Shown here in pieces: positions 52,729-64,000 of a stretch of 64,000 nucleotides of DNA; position 1 is the stretch's first letter, and every line of letters starts with the position of its first letter. Source of the stretch: Octopus vulgaris (taxonomy: Eukaryota). The stretch is taken from contig OX597815.1 in assembly GCA_951406725.2 (NCBI GenBank), positions 107,508,001 to 107,572,000 of the forward strand. The letters are read 5' to 3'. The translations under genes were made by a program, and so were the position numbers. The notes under the pieces were generated by a model. It was not told the DNA's origin. It ran no database searches and saw only the letters and a list, made by a program, of their open reading frames with translations.

Positions 52729-53972
52729 TTGGGTTGACAACTAAGTTCCCAACGTTTTTTTAAAATTTTGGAATTTATTGCGTTTTTAAATTTTGGAATC
52801 TATTTTGAATTTTTAAATTTTGGAATATATTTTGTATTTTTTTTAGTTAAATTTTGTTTATTTTCAGATCATTAAAATGAAATATCAAGTTAAGAAAAAC
52901 GAACATTTTTGACACCTCCTTCTTTTTGCTTTTAATCAAAGTTCTAAGGCTGTCAAAGCTGCTCACGACATTTGTGCTATGTATAGAGAGGGTGCCATAG
53001 GTGAAAGAACCACTCATGATTAGTAAGCCAAGTTCAAAAATGGAAATTTTGACCTCAAAGACGCACCTCGTTCTGGTTGTCCAGTTGAGTTCGATGAAGA
53101 ACAATTAAACCAACTTTTGCACTAAAATTCTTGTCAAACGACAAGGGAACTGGCAGAGAAAAGAGAATGCTCCCACACTGCTATAGAGAAGCATCTTCAC
53201 TCACTGGGAAAGGTTCAGAAGTATGGAGCATGGGTTTCGCATGCTTTAAGTGACAACAACAAAAATCAACGACCCACAATCTCCGCTGGTTCACTTGCTC
53301 GTCACCTCTCAACTCATGGACACAGTCAACGATTTCTTTACCGAATCGTTACTGGCGACGAAAAATGGTGCCTGTACATCAATATGAAGCAGCGTAAGGA
53401 ATGGCTTAGCCCCGGTAAACAAGCGACACCGCGTGTGAAACAAGATCTTCATCTGTGTAAAACAATGTTGTGCATATGGTGGGACTAGGAAAGGATTGTC
53501 CATTATGAACTGCTTGAACAGAACCAAATGTTCAATGCGGAGCTCTATGTTCAGCAGATGGAATGACTCAACATGGCTATTCAAGAGGAAAGACCTAATC
53601 AGCAGTATGGGATTCTTCTGCTGCATGACAATGCCTGCCCTCATATCGCCAATATGACCAAGGAAGCCATTCAAATGCATAGCTAGGAAGTGCTGCCACA
53701 CTCGCCATACTCCACCTCTTCCAATCTCTTTCAAATGCTGTGCGTGGAGCTTCATTCAATACTGATGCAGAATTGAGAGCTTGGTTGGATCAATTTTTCA
53801 AGTCAAAATTAGGTATTTCTACCAACGAGGTATTGAAAATCTTGTTGAATGCTGGGAAGAAGTTGTAAACAACAAGGGTGAATACATGATTGATTAATTA
53901 GTCATTATTTTTTGTTAAACCATTTAAAAAATTTTAATTTAAAAAACAGCGGGAACTTAGTTGCCAACTCAA
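52729..53972 (+). mobile_element. Full-length mariner transposon (mellifera-like TIRs)
   Basis: TIRs TTGGGTTGACAACTAAGTTCCC and GGGAACTTAGTTGCCAACTCAA, TA on both sides, 1244 bp. Confidence 0.96.
52877..53897 (+). pseudogene. mariner transposase pseudogene
   Basis: MKYQVKKNEHF*HLLLF...WVSHAL...VTGDEKW...LLHDNACPH...HSPYS. Several stops, and the PDLAPSD segment with the third catalytic Asp is deleted. Confidence 0.95.
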
Positions 53973-54139
53973 TATATGATGGGCTTCTTCCTGTTTCTGT
54001 CTACCAAACCCACTCACAAAGCTATGATCAGCCTGAAGCTATAGTTGAAGATAGTTGCCCAATGTGCCACACAATGGGACTGAACCCAGAACCATGTGGT
54101 TGGGAAGCAAGCTTCTTACCAGAGAGCCATGCCTGTGCC

Positions 54140-54170
<31 letters not shown>

Positions 54171-54757
54171 AAGGTAGTTCAACCAGTATGTGGAAACCAC
54201 ATGTAATGTAAAGAAAGTGATGCTGGGAAAGGAAAGTATAACTAAGTTAACCCATATATACCCCTGCTTGCATTTTCATAATGTAAAACCTCCTTCTACT
54301 TGTTTGGACAAGAACTCGCCAGGAAGCATCTGACTGAGCATATGAAATATTGAGTAGGTAATCGGCGCTTGTAGCTAACAGTTGCATACTGTCCTTTTCT
54401 TCTAGATTGTGAAAGCTTACCATAACGTTTAATTTAAATACAGTGAAATTTTTAGACTTCATTTTTTTATGGTGATGTTTTTTGTATTTTTTTACATGGA
54501 CAAATTTACATAGTTTGAGCCCAATTACAGAGCAAATATCAGGTAGATAATGGTCCAAAACATAACATAGAACAGATCCCTTGATAACAAATGAAGCTTC
54601 CATAGCTCTTCTTCTAATTCATTTATTTATTTTTTTTTGTGGAATTCTATATAAAGTTGTAGTGCTGTCATTTGGTGCTTTATCTATCTAGTTCATGAAT
54701 ATATGGTTATTGGCATCTTGTTTGTCTTGCAGCCTATGCAGAGAGCCTGTGGAATAT

Positions 54758-54772
54758 ATGTGTGCATGTGTG

Positions 54773-54807
<35 letters not shown>

Positions 54808-54885
54808 CTGTGTGTGTGCGTGTCTGTGTGTGTGTTTGTGTGTGTGTGTGTGTTTGTGTATGTGTGTGTGTGTTTGTGTGTTTGT

Positions 54886-54949
<64 letters not shown>

Positions 54950-54955
54950 CTGTGT
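54758..54955. repeat. ~200-bp imperfect (TG)n microsatellite
   Basis: Direct reading. Confidence 0.95.
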
Positions 54956-55271
54956 AGGCTGGTGTAGATACTTTTCAGCATTTATGTCCATAAAAGGAAG
55001 GTAAATCTGTCTGAAGAGACAAAACTCAATCAACTAAGCCATTTGATAAAAGATTTATAAATTAAATATCAGACAAAGTAATACTGGCCAGGGGTTGATT
55101 TAATTCACTAAAATCATTTAAGTGGTTGCCCTGCATGACTGCTGTCCAATGAAAGAAATTAGTAAAATAATTCATACAAACACATATATACATAAACATA
55201 TGTGCACACACCTGTGTGTGTGTGTGTATGAATGCGTGTGTGTGTGTATATATATATGTATGTATATAGTA

Positions 55272-55322
<51 letters not shown>

Positions 55323-55829
55323 TGTATTTGCTTTCTTAAAAGTTTTGTATATTACATGTACTGTTGATTATCTAAAAAGAGAGAGAGAAAAAAGAAAGTT
55401 ATACAAGCTATTAAAACTTAGTGCATGCTATGTAAGAGGGCTATGGTAACACTGTACTATTGCAAATCTTAAATGACCATAATTGACATTTAATATTTAT
55501 AGTACAATTGAAGTAAATTTGTTTTCCTTAAGATAGCCAATCCTATCACAGTCCTCTAATGTGTATTTGCTATTATAATCATTCTTTTAAAAATATTTCT
55601 AAACATAGTAACAAATTACCTGAAGATAATTGCTGTATGAATAAGTGAAACATAGTGCAGCTAGCAACTTGTAAGCTAATGTTAAGCTAGATTGCTTTTA
55701 CCTTTAAGTTATTTTTCTTTTTGTTTTCTAAATTATTTAAAACTAATTCTTTATAAATTTGGAATGAAAAAAGACTTTACAGTTTGGAGTAGAGAGTATT
55801 CAATTAAAATGATTACTTTATACAATCTG

Positions 55830-56130
55830 TGTTGGATGAAATATATTTAAAAATTCATCAATATGGCTGAAGTTGTTTTGGCATCATTCAGTAAGATCTT
55901 TATTAGTCACTCTCTGGCTGTTTATTTACAGCTATATATGGCTGTGGCACATCCAATTTTACAGTTTGCATCTCCTGTCTGGAACTTCTATCTGGCACAG
56001 ACTATTGATCTACTGGAAGCTGTCTATAGACAGGCAACCAAACAAATACCCTCCATCAGTCACCATATCTTGAATGTCTTGCTTCTCAGGGCATTGATAC
56101 ACTAAGCTTTCGATGTCTGGCAACTGCCCT
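55830..56130 (+). mobile_element. CR1-clade LINE fragment, same family as 1920
   Basis: LASFSKIFISHS...LQFASPVWN...IDLLEAVYRQATKQIPSI. Confidence 0.8.
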
Positions 56131-56557
56131 GAGCCTTCAAGAGATATTTAACAAGGCAAAACAAGACTCTTTTTTGACCTGGCCCTAGAGTGTTCTCTCA
56201 AGACCTAATGGCACTATCAGCTTTTCTTTTAGGAAGAACTTAATGATATTTGTGGATTTTTCCATGACTCCCAGGACCCTGAAATAATATACAAGCTGGA
56301 CCTACCTAGCTCTCATAGGCCTCGATCATGATGATCATGTCTTTTTATAGATGTCTGAGATTACTTCTTTTGATGTACACCTACTTTTTAATGACAATAA
56401 GGTGTGATTTGTGAAAAATTCAGCAGCTAAAAGCAGAAGTGTTACATACAACATCCTCCACAACTTTCAGAATACACATTAAAGATTTAGTCAATAAAGA
56501 GAGACAATACTACATACTTTGACATATAGAGATGTGCAGTATGAAAAGCAGCACGAC

Positions 56558-56723
56558 ATCATCATCATCGTTTAACATCTGCTTTTCATGCTGGCATGGG
56601 TTGGATGATTTGACTGAGGACTGGTGAACCAGATGACTGCACCTGTCTCCAATCTGATCTGGCAGAGTTTCTACAGCTGGATGCCCTTCCTAATGCCAAC
56701 CACTCTCAGAGTGGTTGGCATTA
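56558..56723 (-). mobile_element. RTE family B 3' fragment ending in a snap-back hairpin
   Basis: Family B end, with TAATGCCAACCACTCT-C-AGAGTGGTTGGCATTA at the truncation point. Confidence 0.85.
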
Positions 56724-57653
56724 TTTAACAAGTCTGAATATATTGCACACAAACCATTATTCCCTCTTTTTACTGTATGTTCAGTGGTCACTGTGAAGGA
56801 AGGGGAAAGCAGACTTGGTTAGAATATGACTATTGCTGCTCTGTACATTCTAGTATAATATTTAGAGTTAGTAAGGTTATTAAGGATACAACTGCTTCTG
56901 TGTGTGTATGCATGCGCATGTGAATGTGTGTGTCTTATGTTGTATGAGCATGTTGCTCTCTTAAGAGATATCTAATTGCACTTTTAACATTGCAGGTCAC
57001 CATTGTTGCTGGTATGATGTTATGAATATGTTGTTGTTGTTGAGTATATATTATTGGCCTGTGTGTTATGTGTACATGATGAACAGATGCAAACGTAATT
57101 GTATATTTTATCATAAGATTTATTGAAGGAGAGAACAACTGAATATAAATTTCCAATGGTTGCTGGTGTAACGTAGAGATGTGAGAATCGAACATAATAA
57201 TAACTAACAAGGCTCCAGATGCCAGAAAGAGTTGGTTCAAAACTATAGAGGATTAAGCAAAGGAAAACTCAATGTTTTTTTCTTCTTTACTAGGCTGTGC
57301 TCTGGCTTGCTTGGAGTGAGAGGTAAAACTGTGTGTTCTCTGGTGGTGGTTTCAAAACTCTGCAGCTATTCCTGGCAGGCCTTTTCCTTGATGCCAAGGA
57401 AGTTTTATAAGGTGTGGTATTGCTGCACCCAGATTGGTTGATAATCAAGGTAAATCTACTAGCCCTAATGTAGACTGGACCCAACTATCAGGATTGTAAG
57501 GTTTCTAGGTCTCACTACAAGTGAAGTAAGAAAGATAGTGTTTTTAGGATGTTGTACTTGTGCTCTGGCATTATATATATATATGCCTGGATCCCTGGAT
57601 CCTGTTTGAACAAAATAAAATTCATTTTGGCTATTTTTAGTCTAATCCTCTAA

Positions 57654-57862
57654 CCCTTTAGCATTTAAACTGACTGTATCTAGCTCAAATATTCTACCTG
57701 TTTTATGTTCAGACTGGTCAGATTTAGCCTCTCACACTTACCCTGCAATGTCATTCAATCACATCTTTGAAATTTTGAAGCTACAAGCTAATACATGATT
57801 AATTCTCTAAAAATTGAATAAATAAGCATTGCTTTTGACAGAGTAATCTGAATGCTAACGTG
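57654..57862. mobile_element. piggyBac-type MITE, second copy
   Basis: Aligns end to end with 8526-8744; CTAA and TTAA flanks. Confidence 0.8.
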
Positions 57863-58451
57863 TTAAGAACTGGATGGTTTGAGACAATAATCAGAAAGAT
57901 ATCATTCAAGTTGGGTGCAAATATATGTATTTAAACAAATATCAGTAATGCAAAAAACAATTCATGTTCTTTTGTTTGAGGTAGTTTTTCAAAATTCAAT
58001 AATAGCCAAACAGTACTGGAATATTAAAGTGGTAATAATGACTACAATTTCAAAGCCTCAAATGACCTTAAAAAATTGAGAAAAAATTCTCACATCTCAA
58101 GATAAATGAAATATCTAAATAATAACCTAGATTGTTAGTTTTGGTGACACTTCATATGGACACAGTCTCCTCAATAATTTTAAGAGAATTTTTGCTTTTG
58201 TTTCCAGCTTTGGGATTGAAAATGTACAAGTGATGCTCTTAAAGGTCAAAAGATTACTCTGTCACATTGGCAGTTATTGTATCTAGTAATTTGAATTGAA
58301 GTATATTTTGTTTTGGCTATTTTTGGTATAATTCTCTAAGGAATGAATATCCTGAAGGCATTTAACACTAATTAGAAAAGCATCTCATTAGAGGAATATA
58401 AATGTTGGAATTTGAATAAATATCAGTGATGTGCAAAGAAGTTTATTACAG

Positions 58452-58497
<46 letters not shown>

Positions 58498-59204
58498 TGA
58501 AGGATTTTATTTGAAATTATGTTAGAACTGATTAGTTAAAAGTCACAAGAGTTTTATAAACTTTCATACTTTTGATTATCTCCAAAATGGTTGTTGTAGT
58601 TGTTGTTGAACCCTAAATCAATACTAATCAAGTAGATATATGATCAAAGGTTTTCAACACACGATCATCTTGTCTTTATTTAACTCAATCAACATGGGGA
58701 TGACAACCAACATCTACAACTAAGCACCATATCCAGAACACATAAAAATGCATGCAACAAATAAAAAGACATTGATTGAAAACTTTGGAACTGAGACACC
58801 TAAAATTGAGGATATTGTCTGGAATTGGCAATCCAAGAATCTGATACCAATATGGCACCACAAAAACCATCATCTGACTGAGACCCCACCCCTCCTTTGA
58901 GACAAATCATTATCACTTTCATCAAGAATATGACTTCATGTCATACAAACATCTGTTATTCTGTATTGATGACTTTTTTATTCTGACCAATCTGGTTTTC
59001 ATTTGACTGGATTTTAACATTAAGTTTGTCAATTCCCACCATATTGAGAATATAAATGAGAATCAAGTTTGAATTACCCAATAAACTAGGAATACAGCTT
59101 GAGCAAACTAAGACAATATATTCAAGACTACGTATTATCTAGACTGCATGCATCTATGTGTTATTTGTTGGAAATTTGGCTGCTGTTTCTGGCTTCAAAA
59201 TGGT

Positions 59205-59721
59205 TACTCTTTTACTCTTTTACTTGTTTCAGACATTTGACATCAGCCATGCTGGAGCACTGCCTTTAGTTGAGCAAATCATTCCCAGGACTTATTCTTT
59301 GTAAGTCTAGTACTTATTCTATCGGTCTATTTTGCCAAACCGCTAAGTTTTGGGGACATAAACACACCAACATCAGTTGTGATGGGGGGACAAAAACAGA
59401 TGCACACACAAATATATATATACGTACATACACACACACATATATATACATATATATATATATACGTACATACACACAGATATATACACATATATATATA
59501 TATATATATACGTACATACACACACATATATACCCTCTCTCTCTTTGGGAGAGGCACAAGCACCTACACGCACATATACACACACGGTAGTAACTTCCGC
59601 CTGCCGAATTCAATCACAAAGCTTCAGTCGGCTCGGGGCTATAGCAGAAGACACCTACCCAAAGTGCCACGCAGTGGGACTGAACCCGAAACCATGTATA
59701 TATATACGTACATACACACAC

Positions 59722-59814
<93 letters not shown>

Positions 59815-60040
59815 CATACACACACATATATACATATATATATATATGTACACACACACACACATATATATACATATATATACATGACAGGCTTCTTTCA
59901 GTTTCCGTCTATCAAATCCACTCACAAGGCTTTGGTTGGCCCAAGGCTATAGGAGAAGACACTTGCCCAAGGTGCCATGCAATGGGACTGAACCCGGAAC
60001 CATGTGGCTGGAGAGCAGGCTTCTTACTACATAGCCATGT
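59205..60040 (-). mobile_element. SINE family A with a duplicated head region and expanded microsatellites
   Basis: Tail half 59205-59410; head segments at ~59590-59697 and ~59885-60040. Confidence 0.8.
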
Positions 60041-60068
60041 ATGAAAAACTGTAATATTAGTAATGTTA

Positions 60069-60531
60069 AAGGCAGTAAGTTGGCAGAATCTTTAGCACCC
60101 ATTGGAATTTGAACTCAGAATGTACACAAAGATGGATGAAATGCCATTAAGAATTTTGACCACTGTACTAATGGTTCTCCCAGGTGGATGCCTTACAGTA
60201 GAAAGAAATATTGGTTTCAAATTTTGGCACAAGGCTGGCAATTTTGGAGGAAGGCGTAAGTTGATTAGAATGACCCCTGGAACTCATTTTATCAACCTGA
60301 AAAGGATGAAAGGCAACCCAGGCAGAATTTGAACTCAGGATGTGAAGATGGAAGAAATGGTAGTGATTCTACCAGCTTGCTGCCTTACAGTGGAAAGAAA
60401 TAATCCTTTCTACTGAAGGCAGAAGGCCTTGAAATTTTGAGCTCAGAATTTGAACTCAGAACATAGCAGCGGATGAAATACCATTAAGCATTTCGCCCAG
60501 TGTGCTAATGATTCTGCCAGCTTGCCACCTT
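60069..60531. mobile_element. Rearranged SINE B cluster
   Basis: Forward head stub at 60069-60100, then three reverse heads (GAATTTGAACTCAG at ~60105, 60326 and 60447). Confidence 0.7.
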
Positions 60532-62359
60532 AGAAGAAAGAAATAACAGTAATGGTGAAGATCATGTACTTACATTTTCCAGCATAACCTAAGACAGAAC
60601 AAAATGTCTTCCGGTTTTCCCATGAATACACATGCATAATGACAAACATGCACCTAATCATATTAACACTTAGAAACCAGAAGCAATTCTTAGTTTGCCT
60701 ATTCCAAATTACCATTTCAATGGAATATGGTAAGTAAGGTCAGCTGTAGAATTAAATCATAGCGTATTTCTACTGTGACTGCTTGTGATTATGTAACTAA
60801 TAGTGGAAATAACAGTTCTCTGACATTTATGAAACTAAGAAGAATGTATGAACAAAAAAAAAAGTGACAACAATAGTAACAAGAACAGAAACAGCAGACA
60901 ACAAAAAGTACCACTGCTCATCTCTTAATTTGACCTTTATATGTTGGTGAAAGATCTGCACTTAAAATGTAGATACACGAATGCATATGTACATAGATAC
61001 ATGCGTGCACACATAAATACATGCATGAATGAGCTTATATATATACACACGAGTATATACACACACCTAAGTACATACATACATACACACATACATACAT
61101 ACATAAATACATGTTTATAAATGTATACATGCAAGAATTCATACAGAAATACATGCATTCATACATATATACATGCACCTACATTTAGACATATACACAC
61201 ATACACACGCATACACACCCACACACACACGCACATATGCACACATAAATGAATGTATGCACACACATAAATTTATATATGCATACATACATACATTTAT
61301 ACATACTTGTATGATGGTTGCTTCCTTGTTCTTGAGTACGTTGGTATGTCAAGTGATGCTCATACATAATACTTTTTAAAGTGAAGAGAGGCCTTACACA
61401 CACAACCCATCACACTCTCTGAGCAACAATGATACCCGCAAAAGTCAACATCATTGGCAGCCATAAAGTCCAGTTCTTACATCAGTGTTTTCCTTCTCCT
61501 AGATATATGGTGATATGCGTCTTTAACAGTATTATATACATACCTGGTACTAACTTCAGCCACATTAGATCAAGGAAGCTATTCTGTTTGCTGGTAATGA
61601 ATACTGCCCTCTAAAATTTTTGCTTTAAATACAAGCTTAGTGAAAATATCAGTAATCTTCAGATCTATGCTAAAAAATATCTTTTTAAATAAGATCATGA
61701 ACTGTAATTTTAGATAAGATCATAAGCTGTAAGTAAACAAGAAAAATAGACAGAAACTTAACACCAGGTTTACTATGGAAACTGGAGACTAGATATCGGA
61801 AGTAATGGAACCAATGTGAGAATCTTTGGTAGACTTTCTACAAAAAAGGTTAGGGAAGATCCTTCAGTTGGTTACATGGAGGAAGAACTGTTGAGATGTA
61901 AAATATTCCAAACACCAATATTTCAGTGAAGGTGTAGCAAGAAAGGAATAAGCAAAGCAGTTGCCACTGGGCACAGATGTGAAGGAGCACAAAACTTCCT
62001 CTTGCTTATATCATACCTATTAAGTAAAGTGGAGACACCAAAAGTGCCTTTGCTCTGAGGAATTCAAAACCTGTACTATGCCACAGCATCTCAATGTAAA
62101 GCAATTACACTTGAAAGCAATATATATTGAGAAGAAATATTGCTTCTGTTAACAAGAGTGTGAACAGACCAGAAGATTTCCCCCAAGGAAACTGCAAAGA
62201 ACATCAACGACAACTAAAGTGAAAACCAAATCTATAACACAGAGACATGACTGCTATAACACAAGTATGCAATAGTCATTTATTAACAAACCGAAATAAG
62301 TGATGAGTCTCTAAACAATGCAGAAGACAGCTCACAGAGAGATTCAAAGGAAACTTTTA

Positions 62360-62790
62360 CTATGGCTATGTGGTAAGAAACTTGTTTCCCAACCACACTG
62401 TTCTGGGTTAAGTTCCACAGCATGGCATCTTGGATAAGTGTCTTCTACTATAGCCTCAAGCTGACTAAAGCCTTGTAAGTAGATTTGGTAGACAGAAACT
62501 TAAAGAAGCCTATTGTATGTGTGTGTGTGTAGTATGTGTGTGTGTGTGTGTATGTGTGCATGCATATGCATGTGTGTATGCACATGTGTGTGTCTGTTTG
62601 TCCTCCACCACTGCTTGACAACCAGTATTGGTGTGTTTACATCCCTGTAACATAGTGGTTTGATCAAAGAGACCTATAGAATAAGTATCAGGCTTTAAAA
62701 AAATAAATAAGTACTGGGGTCGATTCATTCAATTACATAATTCTTCAAGGCATGGCCACAGTGTAATGACTGAGACAAGGGAAAGATAAA
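62360..62790 (+). mobile_element. SINE family A
   Basis: Aligns with 27545-27939; central (TG)n. Confidence 0.85.
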
Positions 62791-64000
62791 AGATTTACTT
62801 CACCAAACCACAATAGAAACTTTCTAACTTGATGTTACTTGTGGTTGATTAAATTGCAGAACTGAAATTCCCAACTTTTGGACATTGGATGTCTTACAGT
62901 ATTGTGTTGCATTTACAATTTGGCAACTGATGAGAAAACAAAGGTTGAATGAGATGAGAACATGCAGTGAAAATTCTTGCCTCCCTCTGAAGAAATATCA
63001 GCAAACTCAGGGAAAATTTTGGACAATTGAACACTATATTTAGATCCAAAGTGGATAAGGATTTCACAAATCATCAATTGATATGATATAGCAGACTATC
63101 TAAAATCTATGAATATAGTTGAAGAACTCCTAACCAGATACTTTTGCGACCGATTTTTCCCCAAGAACCTAGGGTAATCAGGTTAACTTACTTCAACATC
63201 ACATTAGCAGAAAGTTATGCATACATATGTACTCCCAAACTAGTGATAATTATATCACATTTCACCTAGAAGAACATGCTTGATCAATAAAAGAAATAAA
63301 GATCTTTCTAAAACATTATGTTGTAATATTATTGGAGCAATTGGCTTTGTGAGTTATAGTGTCTCTGTAGCAATCTTGAGAAGCTGGGAATCACAAAACC
63401 AGAAAGAGCATGCTGCATCAAAAGATTATGCTTACAAGCTATCAAAGGTATGTAAAACATTTGTGAATTTCAGTATGTAATAAGCTTCACATATGCAATG
63501 AAATTCATGTTTGCACTTGTGTAAATGCACACTTACATACATACAAGCTTATGTGTATACATGCATACTTGCATGCATACAAATGTATTTGAATACAAAC
63601 ATACATATATGTACTCTGTTGATGCAGTCTAAATTCCAATGAAAGAGTCTTGATTCTAGAAACTATCTCTTTCTTCATTGATGAGAAATTTGTATCATAA
63701 AACGAAGACAGATTAGGTATATCCATTTATACAAATACAAACATTTAAATAGAAAATAAAAAGGTGCCAAATACGTTTTCTTTTAGTTAATTATGCTGAA
63801 ACTTGAATGCAATGAACTTGAAAACATTAAATATTTTATCAATATCTTTATTATTATGGCATAATTTTCCCTCTTTGATCTTAAGAAAAACATACATACA
63901 AGCTTACATACATACATACATACACACACATATATATATATACAAACATACATATGTATATATACACACATATATGTATGTATATACACATATATATATA

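Noticed and set aside
54247-54603. 118-aa minus-strand ORF
   Set aside because: No recognisable motif and no convincing splice donor.
61740-63200. Possible very old LINE/PLE remnants
   Set aside because: Only faint motif echoes (e.g. KRLGKILQ); too degenerate to call.

Overview
AT-rich, microsatellite-dense animal genomic DNA. The repeat families and long (TA)n/(CA)n/(TCTA)n tracts point to an octopus or another coleoid cephalopod; this is recognition, not a database match. No host protein-coding exon can be called with confidence, so the window looks intronic or intergenic, and nearly all listed ORFs are microsatellite translations. The interpretable content is decayed mobile DNA: a long RTE LINE (47989-50860), many truncated copies of a second RTE family, Tx1, CR1, R4/Dong-like and CRE-like LINE fragments, four Penelope-like fragments, two mariners, hAT and piggyBac MITEs, two Helentron/HINE-like elements and tRNA-derived SINEs. 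The most notable observations are several degenerate minimal hammerhead-ribozyme motifs in Penelope-type terminal repeats (one in a retrozyme-like arrangement), a ~1 kb fold-back built from a 350-bp unit, a CRE endonuclease fragment between ~100-bp inverted repeats, a pre-miRNA-like hairpin, and nested insertions into a SINE's internal microsatellite. I found no clear intact new system. Coordinates of degenerate elements are approximate.
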